A stretch of 47,983 nucleotides of DNA from Alphaproteobacteria bacterium MarineAlpha3_Bin7 (lineage in GTDB: Bacteria > Pseudomonadota > Alphaproteobacteria > Rhodospirillales > UBA2165): assembly GCA_002937995.1 (NCBI GenBank), contig PTLG01000001.1:1-47983 (forward strand). Reading direction: 5' to 3'. Positions within the stretch are counted from its first letter, which is position 1, and each line of letters opens with the position of its first letter. The notes beneath the pieces were generated by a model. The model was not told where the DNA came from and did not search any database. It saw nothing but the letters and a program-made list of their open reading frames with translations. The position numbers and the translations under genes are program-made. Shown piece by piece: positions 16,962 to 24,690 of this stretch.

Positions 16962-16997
16962 CAAGGTTGATTTTCCTATCAAAACAAGGTTTGATTT
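16962..16997. repeat. Direct repeat CAAGGTTGATTT / CAAGGTTTGATTT in the divergent KAP/partner promoter region
   Basis: Copy 1 is at 16962-16973 and copy 2 at 16985-16997 (one extra T). Start-to-start spacing is 23 bp. The repeat lies 30-65 bp upstream of the ATG at 17028. Confidence 0.4.
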
Positions 16998-17027
16998 AGA
17001 AAATTAATAAAAAAGGTAGGGGAAATT

Positions 17028-18047
17028 ATGCAAGCATTTATATTTGTAGCGTTTTGGGGCATAGCAGGTCTTATTGTGTATTTTTTAATTGTCGGAGGAA
17101 TACTTATCTGGCCCATCGTAAATGTATTAGCATACCTTAAGGTCTTGTTATTTCCCAGTGCTGTAAGAAAAATTCATGGAGTAGACCTAAATGTTCTCTC
17201 AAATACCCAGTTTACATCTTCAATTTCTTATAGTGATGTGGAGTATTATGAGGAATTTGAAAGTATGACCGAAACAAATGTAAAGGCTATAAAGGCTGAG
17301 AGAACAGCGGACACAGAAATAAAAAAACTTGAAAAATTGATTAAATCGGCAAGTGACCAGTTTGAAGCATTGGGCAACCTCCCAAGAAATAAAGATGGTA
17401 GTATTTCTCAACGAAGTAATAAAGGAAAGCAGGGAGTAGAACTACAGAAGTCTATAAATTCCCATGAACGTGATTTGGGGCAAATTAATGGAAAATATTC
17501 AAGCGAAATAGAGAAGTATGAAAATAGTCTGGAGATTGAGCGCGACAAATTATTTTCTCGACCGTTTAACGATTGGTTAGAGTGGAGAGGCAGAATGGGG
17601 CGATATTTAGGAAACCGGGATGCCATAGTTTTTATGGTGGTGGGCTTCCCTCTTTACTTTTTTATTCTGTCTATCTTTTCATGGCTTGATCTAGAAGACC
17701 CATCTTTTCTGGGCATTATAGAGCTATACGTTTATACAGTCTTTGTGGGTCCAGTGTCTGGAATTTTTGATCTCGATGTTTTTAAAGAGGGAGCATTTTC
17801 TATTCTCATTACTTATGATTATGCCTCATATTTAAGCCGGACTTGGGATAGTGCATTTACATTTTACAACTGGCTCTTACTAACTTTACCTATGCCAATT
17901 CTTACCCTCTGTACTTATGCTCTCCGTTACCATCAGCACACATCAAAAGCTGATACTGTTCGACCGACCGAGAAAATGTCCTTAAAGGAAATAAAGTCAG
18001 CTTTAAAACAAAGGGTAATCGATGACGTTCCTGAAGCGCAAGCGTAG
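17028..18047 (+). CDS. Coiled-coil multi-pass membrane protein, partner type B (paralogue of 11841-12449)
   Basis: 339 aa. GGTAGGGG lies upstream of the ATG. Two N-terminal TM helices, a coiled coil containing RNKDGSISQRSNKGK, and then several TM helices. Divergent from the KAP NTPase gene at 16851. Confidence 0.6.
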   Translation: MQAFIFVAFWGIAGLIVYFLIVGGILIWPIVNVLAYLKVLLFPSAVRKIHGVDLNVLSNTQFTSSISYSDVEYYEEFESMTETNVKAIKAERTADTEIKKLEKLIKSASDQFEALGNLPRNKDGSISQRSNKGKQGVELQKSINSHERDLGQINGKYSSEIEKYENSLEIERDKLFSRPFNDWLEWRGRMGRYLGNRDAIVFMVVGFPLYFFILSIFSWLDLEDPSFLGIIELYVYTVFVGPVSGIFDLDVFKEGAFSILITYDYASYLSRTWDSAFTFYNWLLLTLPMPILTLCTYALRYHQHTSKADTVRPTEKMSLKEIKSALKQRVIDDVPEAQA

Positions 18048-18078
18048 AAACAAAAATAGAAAGTTTATTCTATCCATT

Positions 18079-18288
18079 TTATATACCCTTTATCTCGGCT
18101 TCATCATTCGTCATTTTAGGCTCACATCTGGTGTCCATAGAAATAACGGGTAGAGAAAACTTAAAAGTTTTTGCAGATTTCAAACATTCCTCTTTGTTTT
18201 CTTGAGGTATTCTGAGTTCAAAAGTTTTCTGTTCCTCACCAATTACTGGTGAACCCATCGTAATAATAACGACTAACATAAATTTCAT
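18079..18288 (-). CDS. Small exported hypothetical protein
   Basis: An internal ATG at 18288 (MKFMLVVIITMGSPVIGEEQ...) gives 69 aa with a signal-like N-terminus. It lies 8 nt downstream of the WYL gene stop. The longer ORF-track version overlaps the WYL gene. Confidence 0.35.
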   Translation of the reverse strand: MKFMLVVIITMGSPVIGEEQKTFELRIPQENKEECLKSAKTFKFSLPVISMDTRCEPKMTNDEAEIKGI

Positions 18289-18296
18289 ATTAAACC

Positions 18297-19277
18297 TCAG
18301 AGAGTTCCAAACCATTCTGTTCGATTGGGGTGAACCATATTTGAGAGTTCCTCGGGCTTTATTACCTCTACGTTTTTCCCCCATTGATAGAGGTGCCATG
18401 CCATTTCAAGAATACCCCCAGCCTCAAACTCTACTCTAACAGATCCATCAGGTTCCCGGATTACAATCTGATCAGGATGAAAGCGATAGTTGAGAACATC
18501 TTCCGCAACTTTTGGTGAGAACTTCCAGACGACTTCAAATGGTTCCTCACTAAAAACGCCAAATGATTTATTGGTGTATTCTTCTATAGAAAATTTTTCG
18601 TCTCTTACAAAATATTTTCCGGTTATTTCTACTTCCTCAATATTAGGCATAGCAAATTTTCGTATATCCTTGGCTTTTTCATCGAAAGCTAGAAGATAAT
18701 GTCTATGGCCGTAAATAAGCCCGAGGGGGTGAACTACTCTTTTTGTGCTTCTCTGTGTTTTACGATTTTTATGTCTTATTTTTATTATTTCGCACCCCTT
18801 AATTGCCTCTCTGAGGTCCTCTAGCACAAGTGAACTTATTCTTGGTTTAGGTCCAGGCCTCATCGCTAAGCCTTCTGCTTCTAGGAGTGCCTCCAGGTCA
18901 GGTTCTACTCTTCTAGCGATTTTGCTATCTAATAATGCTCTCAGTTTTGTTGAGAGATCTGCCATGTTTGCCGCGGCGTCCTGCATATTATCACGCTTTA
19001 ATATTTCAACGACAGTATCCAGGTCAGCCAACTCTTCTGGTGTAAATGATATTAGTCGATCCGTTACGCCAGTTGGGATACGCCAGCGTTTTTTTCGGTC
19101 TTCCGAAGTCATTTCGTCAACTTGGGGAAACACCCGCATAACACTATCTTTCATTCTCATTGCAGTCCGTCGACCTACAGAAAAACGCTCCTGGATATCT
19201 TCCAGCGAAACGCCACTGCGGCGGGCCTGCATCTCTAGAGCAAGGTGTATGAGGTCTTCAAATTTTTCGTAACGCAC
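18297..19277 (-). CDS. WYL-domain transcriptional regulator (N-terminal HTH + WYL + C-terminal extension)
   Basis: 326 aa. HTH: GVSLEDIQERFSVGRRTAMRMKDSV. WYL core: VVHPLGLIYGHRHYLLAFDEKAKDIRKF. C-terminal WCX-like region. Confidence 0.8.
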   Translation of the reverse strand: MRYEKFEDLIHLALEMQARRSGVSLEDIQERFSVGRRTAMRMKDSVMRVFPQVDEMTSEDRKKRWRIPTGVTDRLISFTPEELADLDTVVEILKRDNMQDAAANMADLSTKLRALLDSKIARRVEPDLEALLEAEGLAMRPGPKPRISSLVLEDLREAIKGCEIIKIRHKNRKTQRSTKRVVHPLGLIYGHRHYLLAFDEKAKDIRKFAMPNIEEVEITGKYFVRDEKFSIEEYTNKSFGVFSEEPFEVVWKFSPKVAEDVLNYRFHPDQIVIREPDGSVRVEFEAGGILEMAWHLYQWGKNVEVIKPEELSNMVHPNRTEWFGTL

Positions 19278-19329
19278 AGTCTAATCCAAAAAAAAATAGT
19301 AAGTTCGTTTAAATGTGTCCAAAACTGTC

Positions 19330-19342
19330 ATACTCATAGTAT
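19330..19342. promoter_or_regulatory. Short palindrome ATACT-cat-AGTAT in the WYL/PcfJ-like divergent spacer (candidate operator)
   Basis: 5-bp arms separated by 3 nt, located 13 bp upstream of the ATG at 19355 in a 77-bp intergenic region. Short, so could be chance. Confidence 0.2.
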
Positions 19343-19354
19343 CAAATACTTTTC

Positions 19355-20653
19355 ATGATGCAAACAGGTTTAGATTTAGCGGAGAGTAAACCCGTAACAA
19401 AAGCGGTTCCATGGCGCTATCAATATTCAGACAAGAGTCTCGTAGAGGAGGTGCACGATACTCGATATATTTATGGAAACTGGGACCATCTTTTTGGTTG
19501 TTGGAAGCAGGAAACAAATTCCAAGCAGCCAACTGAAATTATTCCACACTGGCTTTTAATAGATGAAAATGGCGTCTGGGTTCAATCGGATGAGGCTTTT
19601 CAGCTTAAATTTCCTAAGATTGGGGCTCGTCAGTCAACTAAGTGGAAACATCAGGAACGGGCAGCCTTTATTGCCTATATTTCTTCTATTCCTAGATCCA
19701 TAAGAAGCCTGGTTGCACCTTTTGGACAATACAGTTGGATATTGTTGGATATGATTTGGCAGATGCCCAAATTTAAGAAATTCCTAGATCAGGAGATAAG
19801 GATAAATCATGGGCAGTATATAGTTGCGGTTTTGGCGCTAGCAAAGGTGCGGGATATAACTCGAGGAGCTAGGCGGCAGATCGCACTCGATATAATGCAG
19901 ACTAAAAGGAAACTAGTGATAGACAGTCTGGTAACTAGTTCCAAAACCAGTATGTTTATCAAATTCCTTCCAAAATTTGGCAGTAATTATTATGAACCGC
20001 AGGTTTATGAGGATGTCCTGAACGCGCTTGTCAGGCCAGGTATTGTAAGGGCAATTTCTGAATTACAGGGCGGAAAACCGGAAATCCTATCCGTTTTGAT
20101 GTGCCTACCTGAAGAGTTTATGGTCCCTGCCGTGGTCCGAATGATCAATTCAGAAAAGTGGGGATATTACGCGAGTTTGAGAAACCTAGTTGCTCTTATG
20201 CGTCTTACGCCAAAGAGTATTCAAACTAGAGTTTTCGATGCTCTTAGAAGCATCCGTACTTCTGAGGAAGCGCAGACCATGGTATCTCGATGGGAGCAGG
20301 CCCTTATAGAAAAAATACATTTTCCAAAACCACCACTGAAGGCTCACAGACAACTCAAGCCAATTACAAGTGCTGCAGAAATGAAGAAGGAAGGCAGAGA
20401 AATGAATAACTGCCTTGCTGATTTAGTCACTGAAGTAATAACCAAAAACAAATATTATTATCGATGGGAAGGACCGGAGCGCGCAACAGTTTGTGTTATG
20501 ATGGTGGGTTTTGGTGAAAATCGCCATTTGACTTCAAACACTGCTGGTGACTGGATATTTTCGCACGCCGCAGGTGTGAAAAACGCGGAACTATCAAACC
20601 AATTAATTGAGTATTTGGCAGGCTTGGTAAAACGACTGAATTTTAGATGTTAG
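19355..20653 (+). CDS. Hypothetical protein with PcfJ-like C-terminal region
   Basis: 432 aa. The C-terminal EMKKEGREMNNCLADLVTEVITKNKYYYRWEGPERATVCVMM resembles the E-G-x-x-M-x-(H/N)-C ... Y ... core I recall for PcfJ-like (conjugative-plasmid) proteins. The rest is unrecognised. Confidence 0.45.
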   Translation: MMQTGLDLAESKPVTKAVPWRYQYSDKSLVEEVHDTRYIYGNWDHLFGCWKQETNSKQPTEIIPHWLLIDENGVWVQSDEAFQLKFPKIGARQSTKWKHQERAAFIAYISSIPRSIRSLVAPFGQYSWILLDMIWQMPKFKKFLDQEIRINHGQYIVAVLALAKVRDITRGARRQIALDIMQTKRKLVIDSLVTSSKTSMFIKFLPKFGSNYYEPQVYEDVLNALVRPGIVRAISELQGGKPEILSVLMCLPEEFMVPAVVRMINSEKWGYYASLRNLVALMRLTPKSIQTRVFDALRSIRTSEEAQTMVSRWEQALIEKIHFPKPPLKAHRQLKPITSAAEMKKEGREMNNCLADLVTEVITKNKYYYRWEGPERATVCVMMVGFGENRHLTSNTAGDWIFSHAAGVKNAELSNQLIEYLAGLVKRLNFRC

Positions 20654-20773
20654 AAAGGTGAGGTTGTAGAAAGTTGATTATCAATAAAAAAATATTTTTT
20701 AGAACAATAATTTCAGAGTTTCGGACGTTTGGTAAATGAAGCACGACACTAAATCTGATGAAAGGCTAGAAAT

Positions 20774-21082
20774 ATGAACAATTGGGTTATCGCGGGTTAC
20801 ACCTGTTCTGATCATGCCCAGAAGCGAATGCAGCAGCGTGGGATAAGGAAAGAGAGTGTTGAGGCCGTATTGATGCATGGTGATAAAAGATCTCATCAGG
20901 GAGGAGATGCGGTTGCGATATTTGTGAGCAAAAGAGCCGGTGGGCAATTGGTAAAAGATAGAGTCATTACACCCGCTCTATTGGAGCGTCTCGTCAACCT
21001 CGTCGTTCTTACTGCTGAAGGTATTATTGTGACAACATTTCCTCGAAAAGGAGGCCGATTAAGGCGTGGGGAACCCGCCTAA
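20774..21082 (+). CDS. DUF4258-like small protein (toxin-type fold)
   Basis: 102 aa. YTCSDHAQKRMQQRGIRKESVEAVLMHGD ... GIIVTTFPR matches the H-A-x-x-R-M-x-x-R-G-I pattern of DUF4258. Confidence 0.5.
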   Translation: MNNWVIAGYTCSDHAQKRMQQRGIRKESVEAVLMHGDKRSHQGGDAVAIFVSKRAGGQLVKDRVITPALLERLVNLVVLTAEGIIVTTFPRKGGRLRRGEPA

Positions 21083-21139
21083 CAATAATAATGGGAATAT
21101 TATCGTTACGTAATTAATAGAAAAGGAAGGATTAAAACA

Positions 21140-21679
21140 ATGAGAACAGCTCGAAAAATAGGACAGGTTTCGCTTTTATTTTGGCTCTTTGTGTTTCTGG
21201 TGGGTTGTCAGACAATGGATCCAAATTTTTCCTCGTTTCTGGATAGTGATTCTAATTTTAATATGCCAGAACAAATAATTTTGCCTAGGGATCACGCTGA
21301 AATTAGAGGAAAAAGTCGGGCAGAAACGAATGTTTACAATGCTATCGAGCTAGGAAAACAAAAGCGTTACACCGAAGCCGATAAACTTCTGCGTGAGGTA
21401 AGAGGACTTCAGTATAAGGAAGGAGAGGCTTATAGATCTATAACTAACGCACTAGCAGTGATCGCTCTGAAACGAGGGGATCTAGGAGCTTTTAGGCGGC
21501 TTGCCGGAGAGCTTGATATTCTTTTAGGTAAGCCACTCAGGGTACCTGGAAAACACTTATCTATAATTTCTTTGGAGCGGGCTATATCTGGCGGCCCACT
21601 GCCTTTAAATGCCCCTGAACGCTTTCGACAGTTCAGGAACAACTATTTTTCTAATCTTTCAAAAACTAGGAAACTTTAA
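21140..21679 (+). CDS. Lipoprotein, helical/TPR-like
   Basis: 179 aa. Signal peptide with lipobox FLVGC. Helical repeats (YNAIELGKQKRYTEADKLLREV; NALAVIALKRGDLGAFRRLAGEL). Confidence 0.6.
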   Translation: MRTARKIGQVSLLFWLFVFLVGCQTMDPNFSSFLDSDSNFNMPEQIILPRDHAEIRGKSRAETNVYNAIELGKQKRYTEADKLLREVRGLQYKEGEAYRSITNALAVIALKRGDLGAFRRLAGELDILLGKPLRVPGKHLSIISLERAISGGPLPLNAPERFRQFRNNYFSNLSKTRKL

Positions 21680-21681
21680 AA

Positions 21682-22662
21682 ATGAAAACATTATTAATAA
21701 TTTTTTTCTCATGTTTGTTTGCTGCGACAAATAGTATCGTGGCTGCAGCTACCCAGTCTTCCATAAACAAGGACATGTTCGACACATACGAAAAAATTAA
21801 CGAGAGGACAATTGATCACGAAGAGAAAGTAGAAGCATTGGATGCTCAGAAGAAGGTCATACACAGCAAAATAATTGACCTAAAAAAGCAGCTGGACAAG
21901 CTCTCGCAAGACAAAAATAAAAAGAACAAAGAGCAAATTCGTCTAATTAGGGCAGAAATGAATGCTCAGTCAGCTCAGTATCTGGCATTGGAATTCAAAC
22001 TAGTCACAAGCGCAAAAAATACAATTTCTTCAAACCTGATGGACATTAACAGGGTTCGCGAGAGGCTAGCTAATTCGCCAGCCTCGAAGGCACAATTTAG
22101 GCAACTCAAGAAGAAAATGGAGAAGAATATACAACTTGGTCGCAGTATGAAGAAAAATCTGATTGTTCTGGATCAGTGGGCACAGTCGGATCCAATACTT
22201 CGGGCAAAAATCAGATCATTAGATAGAATTATGGAAAATCTGGATACAAGAATAGAGATCCAGAAGCGCAAATTTCCGATGGATAACAAGGGAAATCGAA
22301 CCAATATTGATAGTAGAAGGCTAGAGGCCTTAAATTTGGCTAATGATCGTTTAGTTGAAGAGTTATCTTCCATAGAAACGCGAATAGATTGGTTAAAACT
22401 CTATAAGGATAAACTAGAGATTAATCTAGATCTATTCAGGGTTCAAAGAACTCTTGATATCACAAATCAGGCACTTCCTCGGTTGCGAATTGGTGAGACT
22501 GGCGGTGGGAGCCCAAGTGGGAAAGTACTAAATATTATTGACGATCTCAACAACGGGATGATGAAAGACACAGATACTATAATTGAGAACCCAAGTACTG
22601 TGCCCAAACCTGATGCAGGACGACCTATAAAAATAGATTTTAAAAAATTTAAAAACTTTTAA
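21682..22662 (+). CDS. Secreted coiled-coil protein
   Basis: 326 aa. Signal peptide MKTLLIIFFSCLFAATNSIVAAA, then long heptad-like charged sequence. Starts 2 nt after the previous stop. Confidence 0.6.
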   Translation: MKTLLIIFFSCLFAATNSIVAAATQSSINKDMFDTYEKINERTIDHEEKVEALDAQKKVIHSKIIDLKKQLDKLSQDKNKKNKEQIRLIRAEMNAQSAQYLALEFKLVTSAKNTISSNLMDINRVRERLANSPASKAQFRQLKKKMEKNIQLGRSMKKNLIVLDQWAQSDPILRAKIRSLDRIMENLDTRIEIQKRKFPMDNKGNRTNIDSRRLEALNLANDRLVEELSSIETRIDWLKLYKDKLEINLDLFRVQRTLDITNQALPRLRIGETGGGSPSGKVLNIIDDLNNGMMKDTDTIIENPSTVPKPDAGRPIKIDFKKFKNF

Positions 22663-22674
22663 GGAGTTAGTTTA

Positions 22675-23073
22675 ATGAAAAAAAATATTTTAGCAGTTCT
22701 ATTTCTCACATTTGCATTTTCCTTAATACACGGAACATCACATGCAGGAGAAAAAGACCAGTTCAAAAATATTACGGTTAAACTGGTGGAGCAAGCCAAT
22801 CACCTTTGTAACAGTATTATACCCATTTGGATAAAGTCAAAGTCAGGGATGCGTGATCAATCGGTACGGCGCCTGGTGACTGACTGCTATCTGGCTCAAG
22901 CACGTTTACCCGGTATCGGTCGTAAGTCGGAGATATTGGTCAAACCAGTATCTCTTGATGAAGTACCTTTAGCCATCCTAGAAAAACAAACGGGCTTTGT
23001 GTTTAATGAGTATGCGCCGCTTGCCGGTGTTAGATTGCGTGTTCTAAAGACTGGGAAATCCGAAAATGAGTAA
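22675..23073 (+). CDS. Secreted hypothetical protein
   Basis: 132 aa. Signal peptide MKKNILAVLFLTFAFSLIHGTSHA. Its 3' end overlaps the next gene by 8 nt. Confidence 0.55.
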   Translation: MKKNILAVLFLTFAFSLIHGTSHAGEKDQFKNITVKLVEQANHLCNSIIPIWIKSKSGMRDQSVRRLVTDCYLAQARLPGIGRKSEILVKPVSLDEVPLAILEKQTGFVFNEYAPLAGVRLRVLKTGKSENE

Positions 23074-23581
23074 AGCAATCGAAGCACCCAAGCCCGTTTC
23101 TGTGGGTAAAATAGGAAGGGAAATCAATTCGGTACTACTGTCGATTATAGTATTAGTGCTGATAGTTATGTTCCTCGATATAAGCTTCTCCATGGATCAA
23201 TTTGGGGAGGCGGAAAAATTTCTTAACAAGTTTGTAGGAATTGCTTGGCCTTTTTTTGTAATAGTCAGCCTCTTTATTAATTGGGTCTTTGGTGCCTGGT
23301 TAACCGAGGTTTTTGTCTCAGACAGCAAACGGGACTGGAGTAAAGTGGTGCGTTACTTGGACTGGGCTGCAGAGGCTTGCCCATACGTCGGTTTGCTTAC
23401 AACTTTTTTTACATTTCTACGGGCACTCCTGGTCTACAGTGATGCTGGCCCAGGAAACCCCGAGACACAGGCAGCCTTTATAAAGCAGTTTGCAATAGCC
23501 TTTGGTTCCTCAATTACTGGGGGAGTATTGGCCTTGGCAGCATTTACATTGGGTGCATTAGTAACGGGGGGCAGGCGATAA
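23066..23581 (+). CDS. Miniature MotA/TolQ/ExbB-family proton-channel protein
   Basis: 171 aa with four hydrophobic helices. Helix 3, CPYVGLLTTFFTFLRAL, matches the P-x-x-G-L-(F/L)-G-T helix of ExbB/TolQ/MotA. The last helix is FAIAFGSSITGGVLALAAF. Confidence 0.6.
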   Translation: MSKAIEAPKPVSVGKIGREINSVLLSIIVLVLIVMFLDISFSMDQFGEAEKFLNKFVGIAWPFFVIVSLFINWVFGAWLTEVFVSDSKRDWSKVVRYLDWAAEACPYVGLLTTFFTFLRALLVYSDAGPGNPETQAAFIKQFAIAFGSSITGGVLALAAFTLGALVTGGRR

Positions 23582-24040
23582 ATGGAGAATAATAATGATA
23601 TTTCCCACAAGTCGCCAACAACCAGAGGGAAAGCTCTTGGCTCAACCAGATCCAGATCATTAAGGCCCCCAACATTGATGATAGATCTTCTTTTTGGGGC
23701 CCTAATGCTTTTTGCCTTCCAGATGGGGTATGTAGACCAGCCTGTTGTTCCAAAGGATATTGAACTTCCCGCCACGAAGGCAGACGTTAAGTCAAAAACG
23801 AAGGAAATCTTGGCGCTGGTACCTGTAAAGAATAAGGCCGGTAACTGGGAATACAGAGTTCCGAGTGGAAAAATTCTTAGTGCTAAGGCTGTGCAGAAAG
23901 AAGTAGCAAAGAATAACAAGACACCCGTACTTATTTTTTCAAAAAAGACAAGTCTACAGGTTTACCTAGAAGCTGAACAACAATTGCGCGAACTGGGGCT
24001 TAAACCGGGTCTTGCAACTAATAACAAGAAGGGAACTTAG
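23582..24040 (+). CDS. ExbD/TolR-family protein
   Basis: 152 aa. TM helix with a conserved Asp (PPTLMIDLLFGALMLFAF), then KDIELPAT, then TPVLIFSKKTSLQVYLEAEQQLRELGL. This is colinear with E. coli ExbD as I recall it. The ATG directly abuts the previous stop. Confidence 0.7.
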   Translation: MENNNDISHKSPTTRGKALGSTRSRSLRPPTLMIDLLFGALMLFAFQMGYVDQPVVPKDIELPATKADVKSKTKEILALVPVKNKAGNWEYRVPSGKILSAKAVQKEVAKNNKTPVLIFSKKTSLQVYLEAEQQLRELGLKPGLATNNKKGT

Positions 24041-24042
24041 AT

Positions 24043-24690
24043 ATGAAAATGTTACTACTATTAGGAATCATTGCTGTCCTCTTTATTATGGCAAACAAAT
24101 CTGATGACCAGGATATATCGGATGTAGTCAATGAGATTACAACAAAGTCAGAAAAAATAATTGGAGAGATTACTCAGGATAAGGTTAAAACGAATAATTT
24201 ATCTAGGACAACTAGGTCTAGTAATATTCCAACGGAGAAAACTCCTGCTAAGAAAAGGCATATTGTAGTTAAGTCAACTGGCAAAGCGGTCACTCCGATT
24301 GTTACGGAAACTAATAAAGAGAAAATTACGAAGAGGTCTCTCGAAGTTACAAATAAGTCGCATGGCGGTATTCTGGGGGCAGATGTAGAAAAATTGCCTC
24401 TCTTTCAAGAGAAAAATAATTTAAATGCTTCAGAAACGACGAAACAAGACACTACTCAATCAGAAGTAAATGCGGTTCCACCAATTTTGCCTGGTCCGAA
24501 GCCTGTAGAGCAAAGACGGATTAAGGCTCCAAAGGTAGAGCCTAAGAGTAGGACAGAGGTGGCAATAAGTTCCCCGTCTCGAGAAGTGTTAGTGGAGGAA
24601 CCGGATCCAGAGGCAGCTAGGATTGTAAGACAGAAGGAGAAAAAGTTTTTTAACCAGGCTGCTAGGGCACTCATGAGTATCACCGAATGA
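24043..24690 (+). CDS. Single-pass membrane protein with extended low-complexity Lys/Thr/Pro region (TonB/TolA-like anchor 1)
   Basis: 215 aa. N-terminal TM helix LLLLGIIAVLFIMA. Periplasmic low-complexity region ending in VPPILPGPKPVEQRRIKAPKVEPK. Confidence 0.5.
   Translation: MKMLLLLGIIAVLFIMANKSDDQDISDVVNEITTKSEKIIGEITQDKVKTNNLSRTTRSSNIPTEKTPAKKRHIVVKSTGKAVTPIVTETNKEKITKRSLEVTNKSHGGILGADVEKLPLFQEKNNLNASETTKQDTTQSEVNAVPPILPGPKPVEQRRIKAPKVEPKSRTEVAISSPSREVLVEEPDPEAARIVRQKEKKFFNQAARALMSITE

Noticed and set aside
18289-18399. Longer 106-aa version of the small ORF downstream of the WYL gene
   Set aside because: Its first 37 codons overlap the 3' end of the WYL gene in another frame. The internal ATG at 18288 gives a signal-peptide-like start just after the WYL stop.
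18745-19272. 175-aa plus-strand ORF inside the WYL regulator gene
   Set aside because: The opposite strand encodes a full HTH-WYL protein with recognisable motifs. The + strand product is Ser/Leu-rich shadow sequence.
23434-23919. 161-aa minus-strand ORF across the ExbB-like/ExbD-like junction
   Set aside because: It is antisense to two genes that carry clear family motifs and are translationally coupled, and it has no motif of its own.
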